Counted from the first letter of the whole stretch, positions 30,215 to 40,345 are shown. The stretch: DNA of 63,849 nucleotides, filler included, from an uncultured Methanosarcinales archaeon (GCA_964645415.1; 11 parts of 11 records of this genome joined end to end with filler, not necessarily neighbours in it), one strand, 5' to 3'. A program made the numbers and translations. The notes: generated from the sequence alone by a model not told the origin.

Positions 30215-32689
30215 ATGATTGTAAAAGAGATAAAACTTCATAATATAAGAAGTTTTAATGATGAAATAATTAAATTCAAAAATGGTAGAACTTTATTAAA
30301 TGGTGATATTGGTGCAGGAAAAAGTTCTATTTTATTAGCAATAGAGTTTGCCTTATTTGGAAGACGTAGTGATGTTTCTTATGAAACTCTTTTAAGAAAT
30401 GGAAAAAATGAAGGGAATGTTCAATTAAAAATAAAAGTTGATTCTAAAGATTATACTATCGTTAGAAGTCTTAAAAGGACTAAAAAGAGAATAACACAAA
30501 GTAATTGCTATATTATTGAAGGTAACTCTAAAAAGAATTTGACACCTACTGAATTAAAAAGCAGGGTTGTTGAGATATTGAATTATCCTAAATCTGTTGT
30601 TGATAAAACTAATCCTTATCTTTTTAGATATACTTGTTTTACTCCACAAGAAGAAATGAAGTCAATAATGTATAATTCTAAAAAAAGAATTGAAACAATA
30701 AGTAGAATTTTTAATATTGAAAAATACTCTAGAATATTAGATAATGCCAATAATTATTCTATTAAAATTAAGAGATTAATTGAGAATAAGAAAGGAAGAC
30801 TAGATATTCTTACTAATGATTTAAAAGACATTCCTAAAATCAAAGATGAATTAAAATCACTAAAAGAAGAAAAAAATAAACTAAAAAAGAAACATAAAGA
30901 GATAAAATCAAAGAAGAAAAAATTAGATGATAAATTAGAAGTTTTTGAAAAAAGAAGTAAGAAATTAGAAGCAAAATCTATTGAATTAAAAGGTTTAAAA
31001 AAATCAAAAAAAGAGTTAAATGAAAGTTTAGAAGAGATAAAAAATGAGATAAGTGATAATCAATCAAAGTTGAAAAAAATTGAATTAAATAAAGAATATG
31101 GTGATTCAAAAGAAGATTTGAATAAAATTAAGACTGACATAAAAAAACATAAATCTAAAATAAAAAAAAGAGAGAAAATCATTGATAATATTAATAATAT
31201 GATAAAAAGTAAAGAGATTGAGAAATCAGATATAAAAAATAAATTAGAAAATATTGATGAAAAAATTAAGAAAAAAAAGAAAAAGAAGAAAAAAATCAAA
31301 GGACTTAAGAAAAGAATAGAAATATTAACAAAAAAAATAGATAAAGATCCTAAGTTATTACAAAAAAATATTAAAAAATTAAAAAAAGATCTCGATGATA
31401 TAAAGTTAAACCTTAGTAAAAATAAATCAAAAATTAAAGAAAAAGAGATGAAGATAAAAAAAATAGATTCTTTAGATGAGTGTCCTGTTTGTTTGCAAGA
31501 TGTATGTGATGATCATAAAACAAATGTTGAAAAAAAATTAAAAAAAGATATAACTATTAAAACAAAAGAAGTAGATAAATTATCTTCAAAAAAAGATGAA
31601 TTATTAGAGAAATTAAAAAAGTTAGAAAAAACTGAAAAAGACTTAAAAGAAATTAAAGAAGAAATTAAATCTACAGAAAAAGAGATAGAGCATCATGAAA
31701 AAGATATTTCTGAGCTTAAAATAGAAAGTAAAGATAAGTTAAAAGAAAAATTTAATTCAAAAAAAGAAGAGATTAAAGAAATTAATGAAAGTTTAAAATC
31801 ACAAAAAAGTAATCTAAAAGACTTAAAGGAGAAAATAGAATCAAAAGAAGAAATTAAATCGAAAGTGAGTGACAATATTTCAAAGAAAAAACAAAAAAAG
31901 ATATTAAGTGATTCAATTGAAAAGAGAAATAAAAAACAAAAAAAGATAGAATCTAACTTAAAAAAACGAAAAAAAGAGATAGAAGAAAAGAAAAAAGAAA
32001 TAAAACAAATTAAAAATAAATTAGAGGGTTATGATAATTTAAAAGAGAAAAAAGAAGATTTAAAATCGAAATATCAAAAAATAAATGATAGTTTATCTAA
32101 GACCAAAGCAAAAATTAGCACAAAAAATAGTGAAATTAAGAAATTAAAACAAAAGAAGAAAAAACATAATAAAATTAAAAAAGAAATTAAAGATATGAAG
32201 GAACTTGTTAATTTTTTAAAAGGACGATTTCAAGAAGGAATTTCCTCTATGAAGAAAAAAGTATATTCTAAAATTTATTCTTATTTTAATGAGTACTTTG
32301 AAAAGTACTTTAATATGATGTTAGAAGATGAATCTTTTCAAGCAGAACTTGATGAAGAATTTTCTCCTAAAATTAGCTTAGATGGTCATGATATTGATTT
32401 TAACATGTTGTCAGGTGGAGAAAAAACAAGCATTTCTTTAGCTTATCGTATTTCTTTGAATAGAGTTATAAATGAAATGTATTCTGATGTAAAAACTAGA
32501 GGATTTTTAGTACTTGATGAACCTACTGACGGTTTTAGTAATGATCAACTTGATAAGCTAAAAGTACTTTTGGACTCATTAGAATTTAAGCAGATAATAA
32601 TTGTCTCTCATGAACCAAAAGTAGAAAGCTTTGTAGATCATTTGATAAAAATAAGGAAAAATAACAATGTTAGTGAAGTAATTAGATAA
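30215..32689 (+). CDS. rad50: Rad50/SbcC-like SMC ATPase
   Basis: GDIGAGKS Walker A, coiled coil with CPVC zinc hook, LSGGE, LDEPT, SH. Confidence 0.88.
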   Translation: MIVKEIKLHNIRSFNDEIIKFKNGRTLLNGDIGAGKSSILLAIEFALFGRRSDVSYETLLRNGKNEGNVQLKIKVDSKDYTIVRSLKRTKKRITQSNCYIIEGNSKKNLTPTELKSRVVEILNYPKSVVDKTNPYLFRYTCFTPQEEMKSIMYNSKKRIETISRIFNIEKYSRILDNANNYSIKIKRLIENKKGRLDILTNDLKDIPKIKDELKSLKEEKNKLKKKHKEIKSKKKKLDDKLEVFEKRSKKLEAKSIELKGLKKSKKELNESLEEIKNEISDNQSKLKKIELNKEYGDSKEDLNKIKTDIKKHKSKIKKREKIIDNINNMIKSKEIEKSDIKNKLENIDEKIKKKKKKKKKIKGLKKRIEILTKKIDKDPKLLQKNIKKLKKDLDDIKLNLSKNKSKIKEKEMKIKKIDSLDECPVCLQDVCDDHKTNVEKKLKKDITIKTKEVDKLSSKKDELLEKLKKLEKTEKDLKEIKEEIKSTEKEIEHHEKDISELKIESKDKLKEKFNSKKEEIKEINESLKSQKSNLKDLKEKIESKEEIKSKVSDNISKKKQKKILSDSIEKRNKKQKKIESNLKKRKKEIEEKKKEIKQIKNKLEGYDNLKEKKEDLKSKYQKINDSLSKTKAKISTKNSEIKKLKQKKKKHNKIKKEIKDMKELVNFLKGRFQEGISSMKKKVYSKIYSYFNEYFEKYFNMMLEDESFQAELDEEFSPKISLDGHDIDFNMLSGGEKTSISLAYRISLNRVINEMYSDVKTRGFLVLDEPTDGFSNDQLDKLKVLLDSLEFKQIIIVSHEPKVESFVDHLIKIRKNNNVSEVIR

Positions 32690-32725
32690 TAAAAAATATA
32701 TATCTCAATTTTTTTATAATGTAAA

Positions 32726-33358
32726 ATGATTGATACAAAAAACAGACCGATTCAACATATATTGACTGGTTTATTTTCATTATTATTAGTTTTAATATTT
32801 AACCAATTATTTGATGTTTCTTTATCTTCTTCATTTGCAAGGACATCTTTTATTTTATTATTTTTCACATTAATAATAGGTCCATTAATTGAATTAAAAC
32901 CAGGTAAGATTTCTGGTTCATTAAAAGCTCCTTGGTTTTGGCGTAGTGAGATGGGTATTTGGTTTGCAATTACTGGATTGATTCACTTTTTTATAGCTTC
33001 AGAATTTCTTACAGACATTTCTTCACTAATTAGCATTGGTGGTGATGGTTATAGTTTATCAAATTTTTTGGGTTTAGTTGCTTTAATTTGGGCAGTTATA
33101 CTTGCATTAACTTCTAATAAAAAAGCAGTTTTATTATTAAGAAGGAAACATTGGAAGAAACTTCATTCTTTAACCTATGTTGTATTTTATTTAGTTGTTG
33201 CTCATACTATATATTTTCAATTTTTTTCAGAGTTTGGTGTAGAAAACTTAGGCAGACCTGATTTTTTTGGTTATTTAACATTATTTTTAACATTAATAGT
33301 TTTAATACTTCAAATTAGTTCTTTTTTAGAAAGTTTACTGAAAGAAAGATCTAGTTAA
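32726..33358 (+). CDS. ferric reductase-like / MsrQ-like heme-binding membrane protein
   Basis: WRSEMGIW..H, LALTSN, WKKLHSLTY..H; six TM helices. Confidence 0.8.
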   Translation: MIDTKNRPIQHILTGLFSLLLVLIFNQLFDVSLSSSFARTSFILLFFTLIIGPLIELKPGKISGSLKAPWFWRSEMGIWFAITGLIHFFIASEFLTDISSLISIGGDGYSLSNFLGLVALIWAVILALTSNKKAVLLLRRKHWKKLHSLTYVVFYLVVAHTIYFQFFSEFGVENLGRPDFFGYLTLFLTLIVLILQISSFLESLLKERSS

Positions 33359-33369
33359 TTAAAGGTTAT

Positions 33370-33429
33370 TCTTTTATAAACTGTTTTTTACTTAGATGAT
33401 TTCCCCTCAAATTTTATCAAATTTTATCA
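33370..33429 (-). repeat. partial modular repeat at contig end
   Basis: TTAGATGATTTCCCCTCAAATTTTATCAAATTTTATCA. Confidence 0.7.
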
Positions 33430-33614
33430 NNNNNNNNNNNNNNNNNNNNNNNNNNNNNNNNNNNNNNNNNNNNTTAATTAATTAANNNNNNNNNNNNNNN
33501 NNNNNNNNNNNNNNNNNNNNNNNNNNNNNTTAAAAGATTGTGTGATAAAATTGCTAAAAATTGAAATACAGATATGAAAATATTTTTAATAAACTTTTAT
33601 TTCAAAAGAAATGT

Positions 33615-34556
33615 ATGGAATATGTAAAAGATATTACATGGGAAAAAAATAAAACAGCTCACGATTTAATGAAACAATTTAGAACAAATGGTTTTCAAAG
33701 TATTCAGTTATTTAAAGCAGCAAAAGCTATTAAAACAATGGTTATGGAAGATGCTAATATTTACCTTACTTTCACTTCTAATATGGTTACTTCTGGATTA
33801 AGAGGTTTATTTTCAGAATGGATAAAATATGGATTAGTAGACGGAGTAATTACTACAACAGGAGGAATCGAAGAAGATATTATGAGAGCTGAAGGAGAAA
33901 AATTCCTAATTTCTAATTTTAATGCCGATGATGTCAATCTACACGAAAAAGGAAGAAATAGAGTAGGTAATTTATTAATTGAAAATGAATCTTATGTAAA
34001 ATTTGAAGCAAAGATAGTAAAAATATTAGAAAAAATAGCTAATGATAAACCTAGAATTTCTGTAAATGAATTATTAAATAGAATAGGTAATGAATTAAAT
34101 GATGATAAATCAATATTACACCAAGCTTCAAAAAATAATGTACCTATATATTGTCCAGGAATAACTGATGGATCATTAGGGTTTCACCTTTATATGGTTC
34201 AAGAAAAGAATCCGGATTTTGTTGTAGATGTAATTGAAGATTTTTCAGATATTATTACAAAAACAACTCATGATGATAAAAAAGGGATTATTGCTTTAGG
34301 AGGAGGTATTTCAAAACATCATGCTATTTTAGCATCTGTAATAAATGGTGGCGCAGATTATGCAGTATATATGACAACATCTAGATCTTCTTCAGGAAGT
34401 ATGAGTGGAGCAACTACAAATGAAGCAAAAAGTTGGGGAAAGGTAAAAGATGATTCTGATGCAGTTACTGTTAATGGAGATGTTTCTATTTTATTTCCTT
34501 TAGTTACACAATATGTTTTTGATGAACTTGATGAAATGGGTTACTTAGAAAAATAA
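33615..34556 (+). CDS. deoxyhypusine synthase family protein
   Basis: FTSNMVTSGLR, GGIEED, NRVGN, DGSLG, GGGISKHH, SGA...EAKSWGK (catalytic Lys). Confidence 0.92.
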   Translation: MEYVKDITWEKNKTAHDLMKQFRTNGFQSIQLFKAAKAIKTMVMEDANIYLTFTSNMVTSGLRGLFSEWIKYGLVDGVITTTGGIEEDIMRAEGEKFLISNFNADDVNLHEKGRNRVGNLLIENESYVKFEAKIVKILEKIANDKPRISVNELLNRIGNELNDDKSILHQASKNNVPIYCPGITDGSLGFHLYMVQEKNPDFVVDVIEDFSDIITKTTHDDKKGIIALGGGISKHHAILASVINGGADYAVYMTTSRSSSGSMSGATTNEAKSWGKVKDDSDAVTVNGDVSILFPLVTQYVFDELDEMGYLEK

Positions 34557-34565
34557 TGTGATAAT

Positions 34566-35597
34566 ATGGCAAAATTTATTTTGAGTAAAAATAAAGTTAT
34601 GGAAAAGTATGAAGAGATGAAAGAAATCTCTGATAATGTTGCATATAGTTATAAAACAAATCCAAATGTGGGAAGAGTTTTATTTGATTCTGATTCAATG
34701 TTCGGTATTAATTCATATAATAATTATGAAGAAGTTTCTAAAGAAATTTCTAAAAATAGAATTTTATATTTTCTTCAAGGAGAAAGTAAGGAAAAGATAG
34801 TAAATTTAGTAAATAATTTGAATTGGTTTGTCGTTGATAATGAAAATGATCTAAAAAAATTACTAGACATATCAAAAAAAGAAAAAAAAGAGATTAATCT
34901 TTTTATTAGGATAAAAATAAAAGAGCATACTGTATATACTGGAAAATATTTTGTGTATGGAATAGCTTGGAATAAAGCAAATAAAATAATAAGTGATTTA
35001 GATAATAAATTCATAAACAAATTAGGAGTTCATTTCCATAGAAAGACACAAAACATAGGAGAATGGTATCTAAAAGATGATATCGAAGATGCTTTATCTA
35101 AAGAAACATTAGATAAAATAGATTTATTAAATATTGGTGGTGGTGTTCCATCAAATTATATTAATTCTAAACCAAAATTAAAATATATATTTAAAAAAAT
35201 AAAGGAATTAAAGAAATTCCTAAATAATAAAGACATCAAATTAATAACTGAACCAGGAAGATATATCTCAGCACCATCAGTTAGACTTAAAGCAAAAATT
35301 CTCAATATATATGATGGCAATGTGATTATTGACTGTTCAATATTCAATGCGTATATGGACACATATCTAATGCATATGAGATTACCTGTTAAAGGAGAAG
35401 TAGAAAAAGGTAAATTTAAATATCTAATTAAAGGATGTTCACCAGATTCATTAGATATATTTAGATATAAAGTTAATTTTAATGAAAAATTAAACGTTGG
35501 AGAAAATTTAGTTTTAAAGAATGCTGGAGCATATAATTTTCATACTAATTTTGGAAACTTAGATAAAATAAAAACAGAAATAGTAGATAAGTTTTAA
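34566..35597 (+). CDS. PLP-dependent fold III (Orn/Lys/Arg/DAP) decarboxylase
   Basis: YSYKTN (PLP Lys), GVHFH, NIGGG, EPGRY, DSLD, AGAY. Confidence 0.85.
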   Translation: MAKFILSKNKVMEKYEEMKEISDNVAYSYKTNPNVGRVLFDSDSMFGINSYNNYEEVSKEISKNRILYFLQGESKEKIVNLVNNLNWFVVDNENDLKKLLDISKKEKKEINLFIRIKIKEHTVYTGKYFVYGIAWNKANKIISDLDNKFINKLGVHFHRKTQNIGEWYLKDDIEDALSKETLDKIDLLNIGGGVPSNYINSKPKLKYIFKKIKELKKFLNNKDIKLITEPGRYISAPSVRLKAKILNIYDGNVIIDCSIFNAYMDTYLMHMRLPVKGEVEKGKFKYLIKGCSPDSLDIFRYKVNFNEKLNVGENLVLKNAGAYNFHTNFGNLDKIKTEIVDKF

Positions 35598-36149
35598 TTA
35601 AAGTTTATTTACTATCATTTTCTTATAAACAAAGTAAGCAATAAGTATTGAAAAAAGAAAAAGAATTAATGAATAAGATTCTAAACGATAATAGAAACCT
35701 AATAATATATTTCCAAAAAAATACCCTAATAACATAAAAACTAATGATAAAATTAGAGAGATAACTGAAGAGTAAAGTATGAATCTTTTAAATTTAATAG
35801 CTTTTGTATTTCCAATATAAATTAACATTGGAACAGGTAAAGCAGGTGTTGCTTTAGCAATGAAAAATGTTTTAAAAGGCTTCAACTTTAAACTTTCTTT
35901 AAATTTAAAATCTGAATCACTACCTAATTTATGTTTTAATTTTTTTATTAGTTTTATTTTACGTGACAAACGTGAACTCCAATACCAAAACAAATCTCCA
36001 GCAATATGTCCAAATAAAGATAAACCTAAAATAAGAGAAAAACTTACAGAACCATGATTCACTAAAGTTCCACCAATAAAAGAAAATAAAGGAGTTTTTA
36101 TAGTATAAATCACTAAAGTTCCTAAAAGTCCTACTAAAATATTTATCAT
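35598..36149 (-). CDS. DedA/VTT-domain membrane protein
   Basis: GHIAGDLFWYW, KF.RFILY, LGYFFG. Confidence 0.75.
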   Translation of the reverse strand: MINILVGLLGTLVIYTIKTPLFSFIGGTLVNHGSVSFSLILGLSLFGHIAGDLFWYWSSRLSRKIKLIKKLKHKLGSDSDFKFKESLKLKPFKTFFIAKATPALPVPMLIYIGNTKAIKFKRFILYSSVISLILSLVFMLLGYFFGNILLGFYYRLESYSLILFLFSILIAYFVYKKMIVNKL

Positions 36150-36199
36150 AATATCACACAAAAGAGGTTTATTTTTAAAATTAACTACTCTTATAAAAT

Positions 36200-37165
36200 C
36201 TAATTAGAATTATCTCCTCTATAAAAGGATGCAGCTACTTCTGGACTTATAGAATTAATAGTCACGCCAGTAGAAAATTCAAATCCTGCCCATTGTGCAA
36301 GACGAGGAGTAAAAACTATATGTGAATGCATATCGTTTTCATCATCACCATATTTAATATAGTAATTATATGAAGAATGAAACGATCTTAATTTCCTTAA
36401 TATCTTTTTAAAAATAGATGAAAAATCGTTTAATTCATCTCTTGATAATTCTTTAAATCTATTAATATGTCTTTTTGAATATAACCAAATTTCATAAGGA
36501 AAAAGAGATGCATAAGGAGTAAAAGCAACAGCATGATTGTTTTCAAAACACTTTCTATGTGAATTTTTTTCAATATTTATTACATCACAATGAGGACAAC
36601 CATCATAATTTTTAATATAATTATATTCTCTTTTAATCTTAGGAGGAAGAAAATTTAAGGATATAACTTGTGAATGATCATGAACTAAAGAAGCTCCTGC
36701 TTTCTCACCATCATTTTTAAAAACACTTACATAATCAATATCATCAGGAGAAGACAAATCATCAATACGAGACTCATATACCGCAATTAATTTATTTAAT
36801 TCAGATATAGATAGCATTGAAATATCTCTATTATGTTCTCTAACATTTACAATAACTTCATGTTCACCATAGTTTGAAGAATATGTAAAGAAATTATTAT
36901 CAGTTAATAGTTTAGATTGACCTTCTTTTGATACAGCTGGAAACTTATTAGAGAACCATCGCATTCTCCAAGGATTACCAATTCTTCCTTTTTCAGGAGG
37001 AGCACTTTTTTCATTACCTGGACAAAAAGGACAATTATGATCAATAACAGAAAGATTCTTTTTTTTATCAGGACCATGATTATCATATTCGTGTGGTCTC
37101 TTTCCTCTATCTTCAGAGATTTCTACATATTTTTCTAAAAAATAATGTTTTCTAAGTTCTCCCAT
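36200..37165 (-). CDS. galT: GalT-family nucleotidyltransferase (galactose-1-phosphate uridylyltransferase-like)
   Basis: RGKRP, CPFCPGNE, NKFPA, HEVIV, GASLVHDHSQ, AGFEFSTG. Confidence 0.88.
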   Translation of the reverse strand: MGELRKHYFLEKYVEISEDRGKRPHEYDNHGPDKKKNLSVIDHNCPFCPGNEKSAPPEKGRIGNPWRMRWFSNKFPAVSKEGQSKLLTDNNFFTYSSNYGEHEVIVNVREHNRDISMLSISELNKLIAVYESRIDDLSSPDDIDYVSVFKNDGEKAGASLVHDHSQVISLNFLPPKIKREYNYIKNYDGCPHCDVINIEKNSHRKCFENNHAVAFTPYASLFPYEIWLYSKRHINRFKELSRDELNDFSSIFKKILRKLRSFHSSYNYYIKYGDDENDMHSHIVFTPRLAQWAGFEFSTGVTINSISPEVAASFYRGDNSN

Positions 37166-37170
37166 TATGT

Positions 37171-38943
37171 CTATTCCTCATAAACTTTTTTCAAAGCAAT
37201 ATCATGAGCATCAAAGTAATTTTTAGATAAATGATCCCAACTTACTTTATCAACTAAAGCTTTAGCATTGATTTTATTCAAAACACGACCATGACGATGA
37301 TGACTTGCATAATCATATAATATATTCGTAAATTGATTTTTTATCTGATCATGTGATTTGTTTTTTCTATTTAAAATATATAGACCAGGATTTTCTAACT
37401 TTGAAACTTTTTCTTTCATAAAAGATCCAAATCCTGATAAATCACTTGTTAAAGCAGGACAACTTAATGACATAGATTCAGGAGGAGTATATCCCCAAGG
37501 TTCATAATAAGACGGAAATACACCAAAATGCATTCCAGAAATTGTATCCTCATAAGGTAAATCTAAAAGTCCATCAGTTCCATCTAAATATACTGGATAA
37601 AAGACAACTTTTACTTTATCTTCTTTTTTATTTAATAGATTGTTTTCATGAAATGCTTTTAAAATTGGATCATTTCCATCTTTTATATGATGAGTTGATA
37701 ATGGCGGATTACCTACATCTTTAAATGAATTTACTAATTTTTTTCTCATTAAGACTATCTCTTCAGGTAACATATTATTTTTAGTAAATTCTTTTTCAGT
37801 AATAATATCATCAAGAATTCTGGAAACAATATCATCTGATTTTTGTTTAACAAAGTTTTTTATTTGTGAATAGTGTGTTTTATGTTCTAAAACATCTCTT
37901 CTTATTCCATCATGACCTGCTGGGATAAAAAAGAATGTTACAATATTTCTTTCAGAATTTTCTTCTTTTAACTTTCTATTTAAATCTCCTAAAGATTCAA
38001 TAAAATAATCTAATCCTTTATTATAAAATTCATATCTTGCAGCTGTGAAAAAGAATAATGTATGTTCTAAGTTAAATGAATAATGAGGAAAAAAGAAGTA
38101 TTTACAGAATTCTCTAATTTTTTCTCGATTCATAGTATGTTTAATAGATGTTTCTTCAAAAGTATGATGTTTTTCAGTATCAATTCCATTAAGAACTAAA
38201 ACTTCTGGTTTTCTACCCAAGAAATGTGTTGCTTCTAGTCCAGTTATCTCTGATACAGTTGTAAATACATCACTTGCTAAAGCAGTTGCTTTCTCAGTAG
38301 TATGTTTTTCACCAATTCCAAGTTCTTTAGCTTTTTTATCAGGATCAATTTGATTTAATAAATTATATATCTTTTCTTTGTGTCCGCTCAAAGTCCTTCC
38401 AAGTATTGTTGCATGTGTTGTAAAAACAGTTGAAATTTTTTGTTTTGATGATTTAGCATGTAATATAGAAAATCCTGATAACCATTCATGTGCATGTAAT
38501 ATCACTTTTTCATTATCATTTATCTTTTTAAACTCTTCAACAAATTTTCCAACAGCAGTTGCCCAAAGCATTGGTTCTTCAAAATCCCAAGATGCACTAA
38601 TCGAATCAACCTTGAAATCTTCCCAATATTTTGCTTTAAGATCATTAATTTTTGGTTTTAATCCATCAAAATCAATTAATATTGTTTTAGGAGAGCCTTT
38701 AATTTGCCACTCACCATAATAACATTTAATTCCTTCTTTTTCTAATTTATCAATGATAAGTTTAATTTTATCAGGTGCTTCTATTTCATCAAAAGAAACT
38801 TCTGCATTATCTTCAAAATAAGGACCAAATAGAATATAGTTTTCATATTTTTTCATCATATGTCTTGTTTTTGTTTTTATGACAGTGTTAATCCCACCAA
38901 CTTTATTACAAACTTCCCAAGAAGCTTCAAATAGAAATACCAT
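37171..38943 (-). CDS. glycogen synthase, GT3 (fungal/animal-like) family
   Basis: FEASWEVCNKVGGI, HAHEW, FTTHATILGR, RYEFYNKG, PSYYEPWGYTP. Confidence 0.92.
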   Translation of the reverse strand: MVFLFEASWEVCNKVGGINTVIKTKTRHMMKKYENYILFGPYFEDNAEVSFDEIEAPDKIKLIIDKLEKEGIKCYYGEWQIKGSPKTILIDFDGLKPKINDLKAKYWEDFKVDSISASWDFEEPMLWATAVGKFVEEFKKINDNEKVILHAHEWLSGFSILHAKSSKQKISTVFTTHATILGRTLSGHKEKIYNLLNQIDPDKKAKELGIGEKHTTEKATALASDVFTTVSEITGLEATHFLGRKPEVLVLNGIDTEKHHTFEETSIKHTMNREKIREFCKYFFFPHYSFNLEHTLFFFTAARYEFYNKGLDYFIESLGDLNRKLKEENSERNIVTFFFIPAGHDGIRRDVLEHKTHYSQIKNFVKQKSDDIVSRILDDIITEKEFTKNNMLPEEIVLMRKKLVNSFKDVGNPPLSTHHIKDGNDPILKAFHENNLLNKKEDKVKVVFYPVYLDGTDGLLDLPYEDTISGMHFGVFPSYYEPWGYTPPESMSLSCPALTSDLSGFGSFMKEKVSKLENPGLYILNRKNKSHDQIKNQFTNILYDYASHHRHGRVLNKINAKALVDKVSWDHLSKNYFDAHDIALKKVYEE

Positions 38944-39044
38944 GATAACTAATTATGTTAATAATGATTTTTAAATTTATGATACTACTTAAGATTAATT
39001 ACAGATCAAAAAGAAAGATAACAAATTACAACAAGAGATAACAA

Positions 39045-39486
39045 AATTACTTAAGAGGAATTTTATATCGGATTAAAAGTATATCAAAGTAAAAATCTGC
39101 TGATTTGCTTATAAAAAATAAAAACTTATCAAGATAATAGAAAAGAGTATAAAATTCCGATAAAACACTATAAGATGATTTTGCCCTAAGACCATCGAAG
39201 ATGAAAAACGAATACATATTCTTTAGGTAAAACGTAGATAAAAATAAAAGTTATTCTAACAAAGTAGAAAATCATAGAAACAGCCGTGCCATACGAAGTA
39301 TGGTACCATCCTTGCCAACTTACTAAAAAAAATAGTTTTTAGAACTTATTAAATTAAAAATTTAAAAGCTTGATAAAGATTGTGCTAAAGAAAGTAAAAA
39401 TAAATAGAGTAAAATAAAACTAAGTAGAAATTTATGGAAACTAACGTGCCATATGAAATATGGTACAATCCTGGTCAATTTATTAA
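39045..39486 (+). repeat. composite modular repeat with two tandem hairpin cores (39286..39306 and 39446..39466)
   Basis: GTGCCATAC-GAA-GTATGGTAC and GTGCCATAT-GAA-ATATGGTAC; 5' part is homologous to 54790-55061. Confidence 0.9.
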
Positions 39487-39586
39487 NNNNNNNNNNNNNN
39501 NNNNNNNNNNNNNNNNNNNNNNNNNNNNNNTTAATTAATTAANNNNNNNNNNNNNNNNNNNNNNNNNNNNNNNNNNNNNNNNNNNN

Positions 39587-39760
39587 GCTTGACCAAGATG
39601 GTACCATACTTTGTATGGCACGTTAGTTTCTATTAAATTCTATTTCTTTTTGTTTCTGTTTTTATGATTTTTTTCCTTTAGATGATTTTGATTTACTAAT
39701 TTCGAAGAAGGTTTTATCTAAAATAATCGAAGATGATATGCGAAGATTTGCTGCACTTAA
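39587..39760 (-). repeat. modular repeat copy, hairpin core at 39601..39621
   Basis: Reverse complement GAAACTAACGTGCCATACAAAGTATGGTACCATCTTGGTCAA; TTAGATGATTTTG and TCGAAGA modules. Confidence 0.88.
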
Positions 39761-39805
39761 AAACTTTTGATAAATATTATATAGTTAAAAATATTTAACT
39801 TTATT

Positions 39806-40342
39806 ATGGGAAATATAAAAAAAATTGATTTTAAAAAGTATCTGGAGAAGTATCCAGAAACTTCTGGTTTGTACCCTCAAAAATTATTAGAAATAGGAAA
39901 AAGATATCATAATTTAGGTTTTATGAAAAGAGAACATCTTTATGAATTAGCTCATCTTAATTCTACAAGATCTTCTTATCATGTTAAGAAAAATCCAGAA
40001 AAAAGAGTTAAAGAGGTTACAAAAATAGCATATTCCATTGATCATGAGTTTTCTAAAATTGTTCTTTATAATAGTCTAAAAGGAGTTGGAACACCAACTG
40101 CTTCTGCAATTTTAACTAGTTTAAATCCTAATAACCATTGTGTTATTGATACTAGAGTTTGGGCAACTCTTTATAATATGGGATATTTTGATAAAGAAAA
40201 AGAAAGTTTTAATCCTGATGATTATATAAAAATAATAAAAATAGTCAGGGAGTTAGCAAAAAATAGTGATTTGAGTGTTTCTGAAATAGGTTATGCTTTA
40301 TTTTCCTATGATGTAATTCATAGAGAAGGAACTCTTCATTAA
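39806..40342 (+). CDS. helix-hairpin-helix (DNA glycosylase-like) protein
   Basis: LKGVGTPTASAIL HhH motif followed by VIDTRV. Confidence 0.65.
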   Translation: MGNIKKIDFKKYLEKYPETSGLYPQKLLEIGKRYHNLGFMKREHLYELAHLNSTRSSYHVKKNPEKRVKEVTKIAYSIDHEFSKIVLYNSLKGVGTPTASAILTSLNPNNHCVIDTRVWATLYNMGYFDKEKESFNPDDYIKIIKIVRELAKNSDLSVSEIGYALFSYDVIHREGTLH

Positions 40343-40345
40343 ATA

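Noticed and set aside
39286..39466. Hairpin repeats read as a CRISPR array
   Set aside because: Copies are dispersed, divergent and separated by conserved modules rather than unique 30-40 bp spacers; no cas genes are present.
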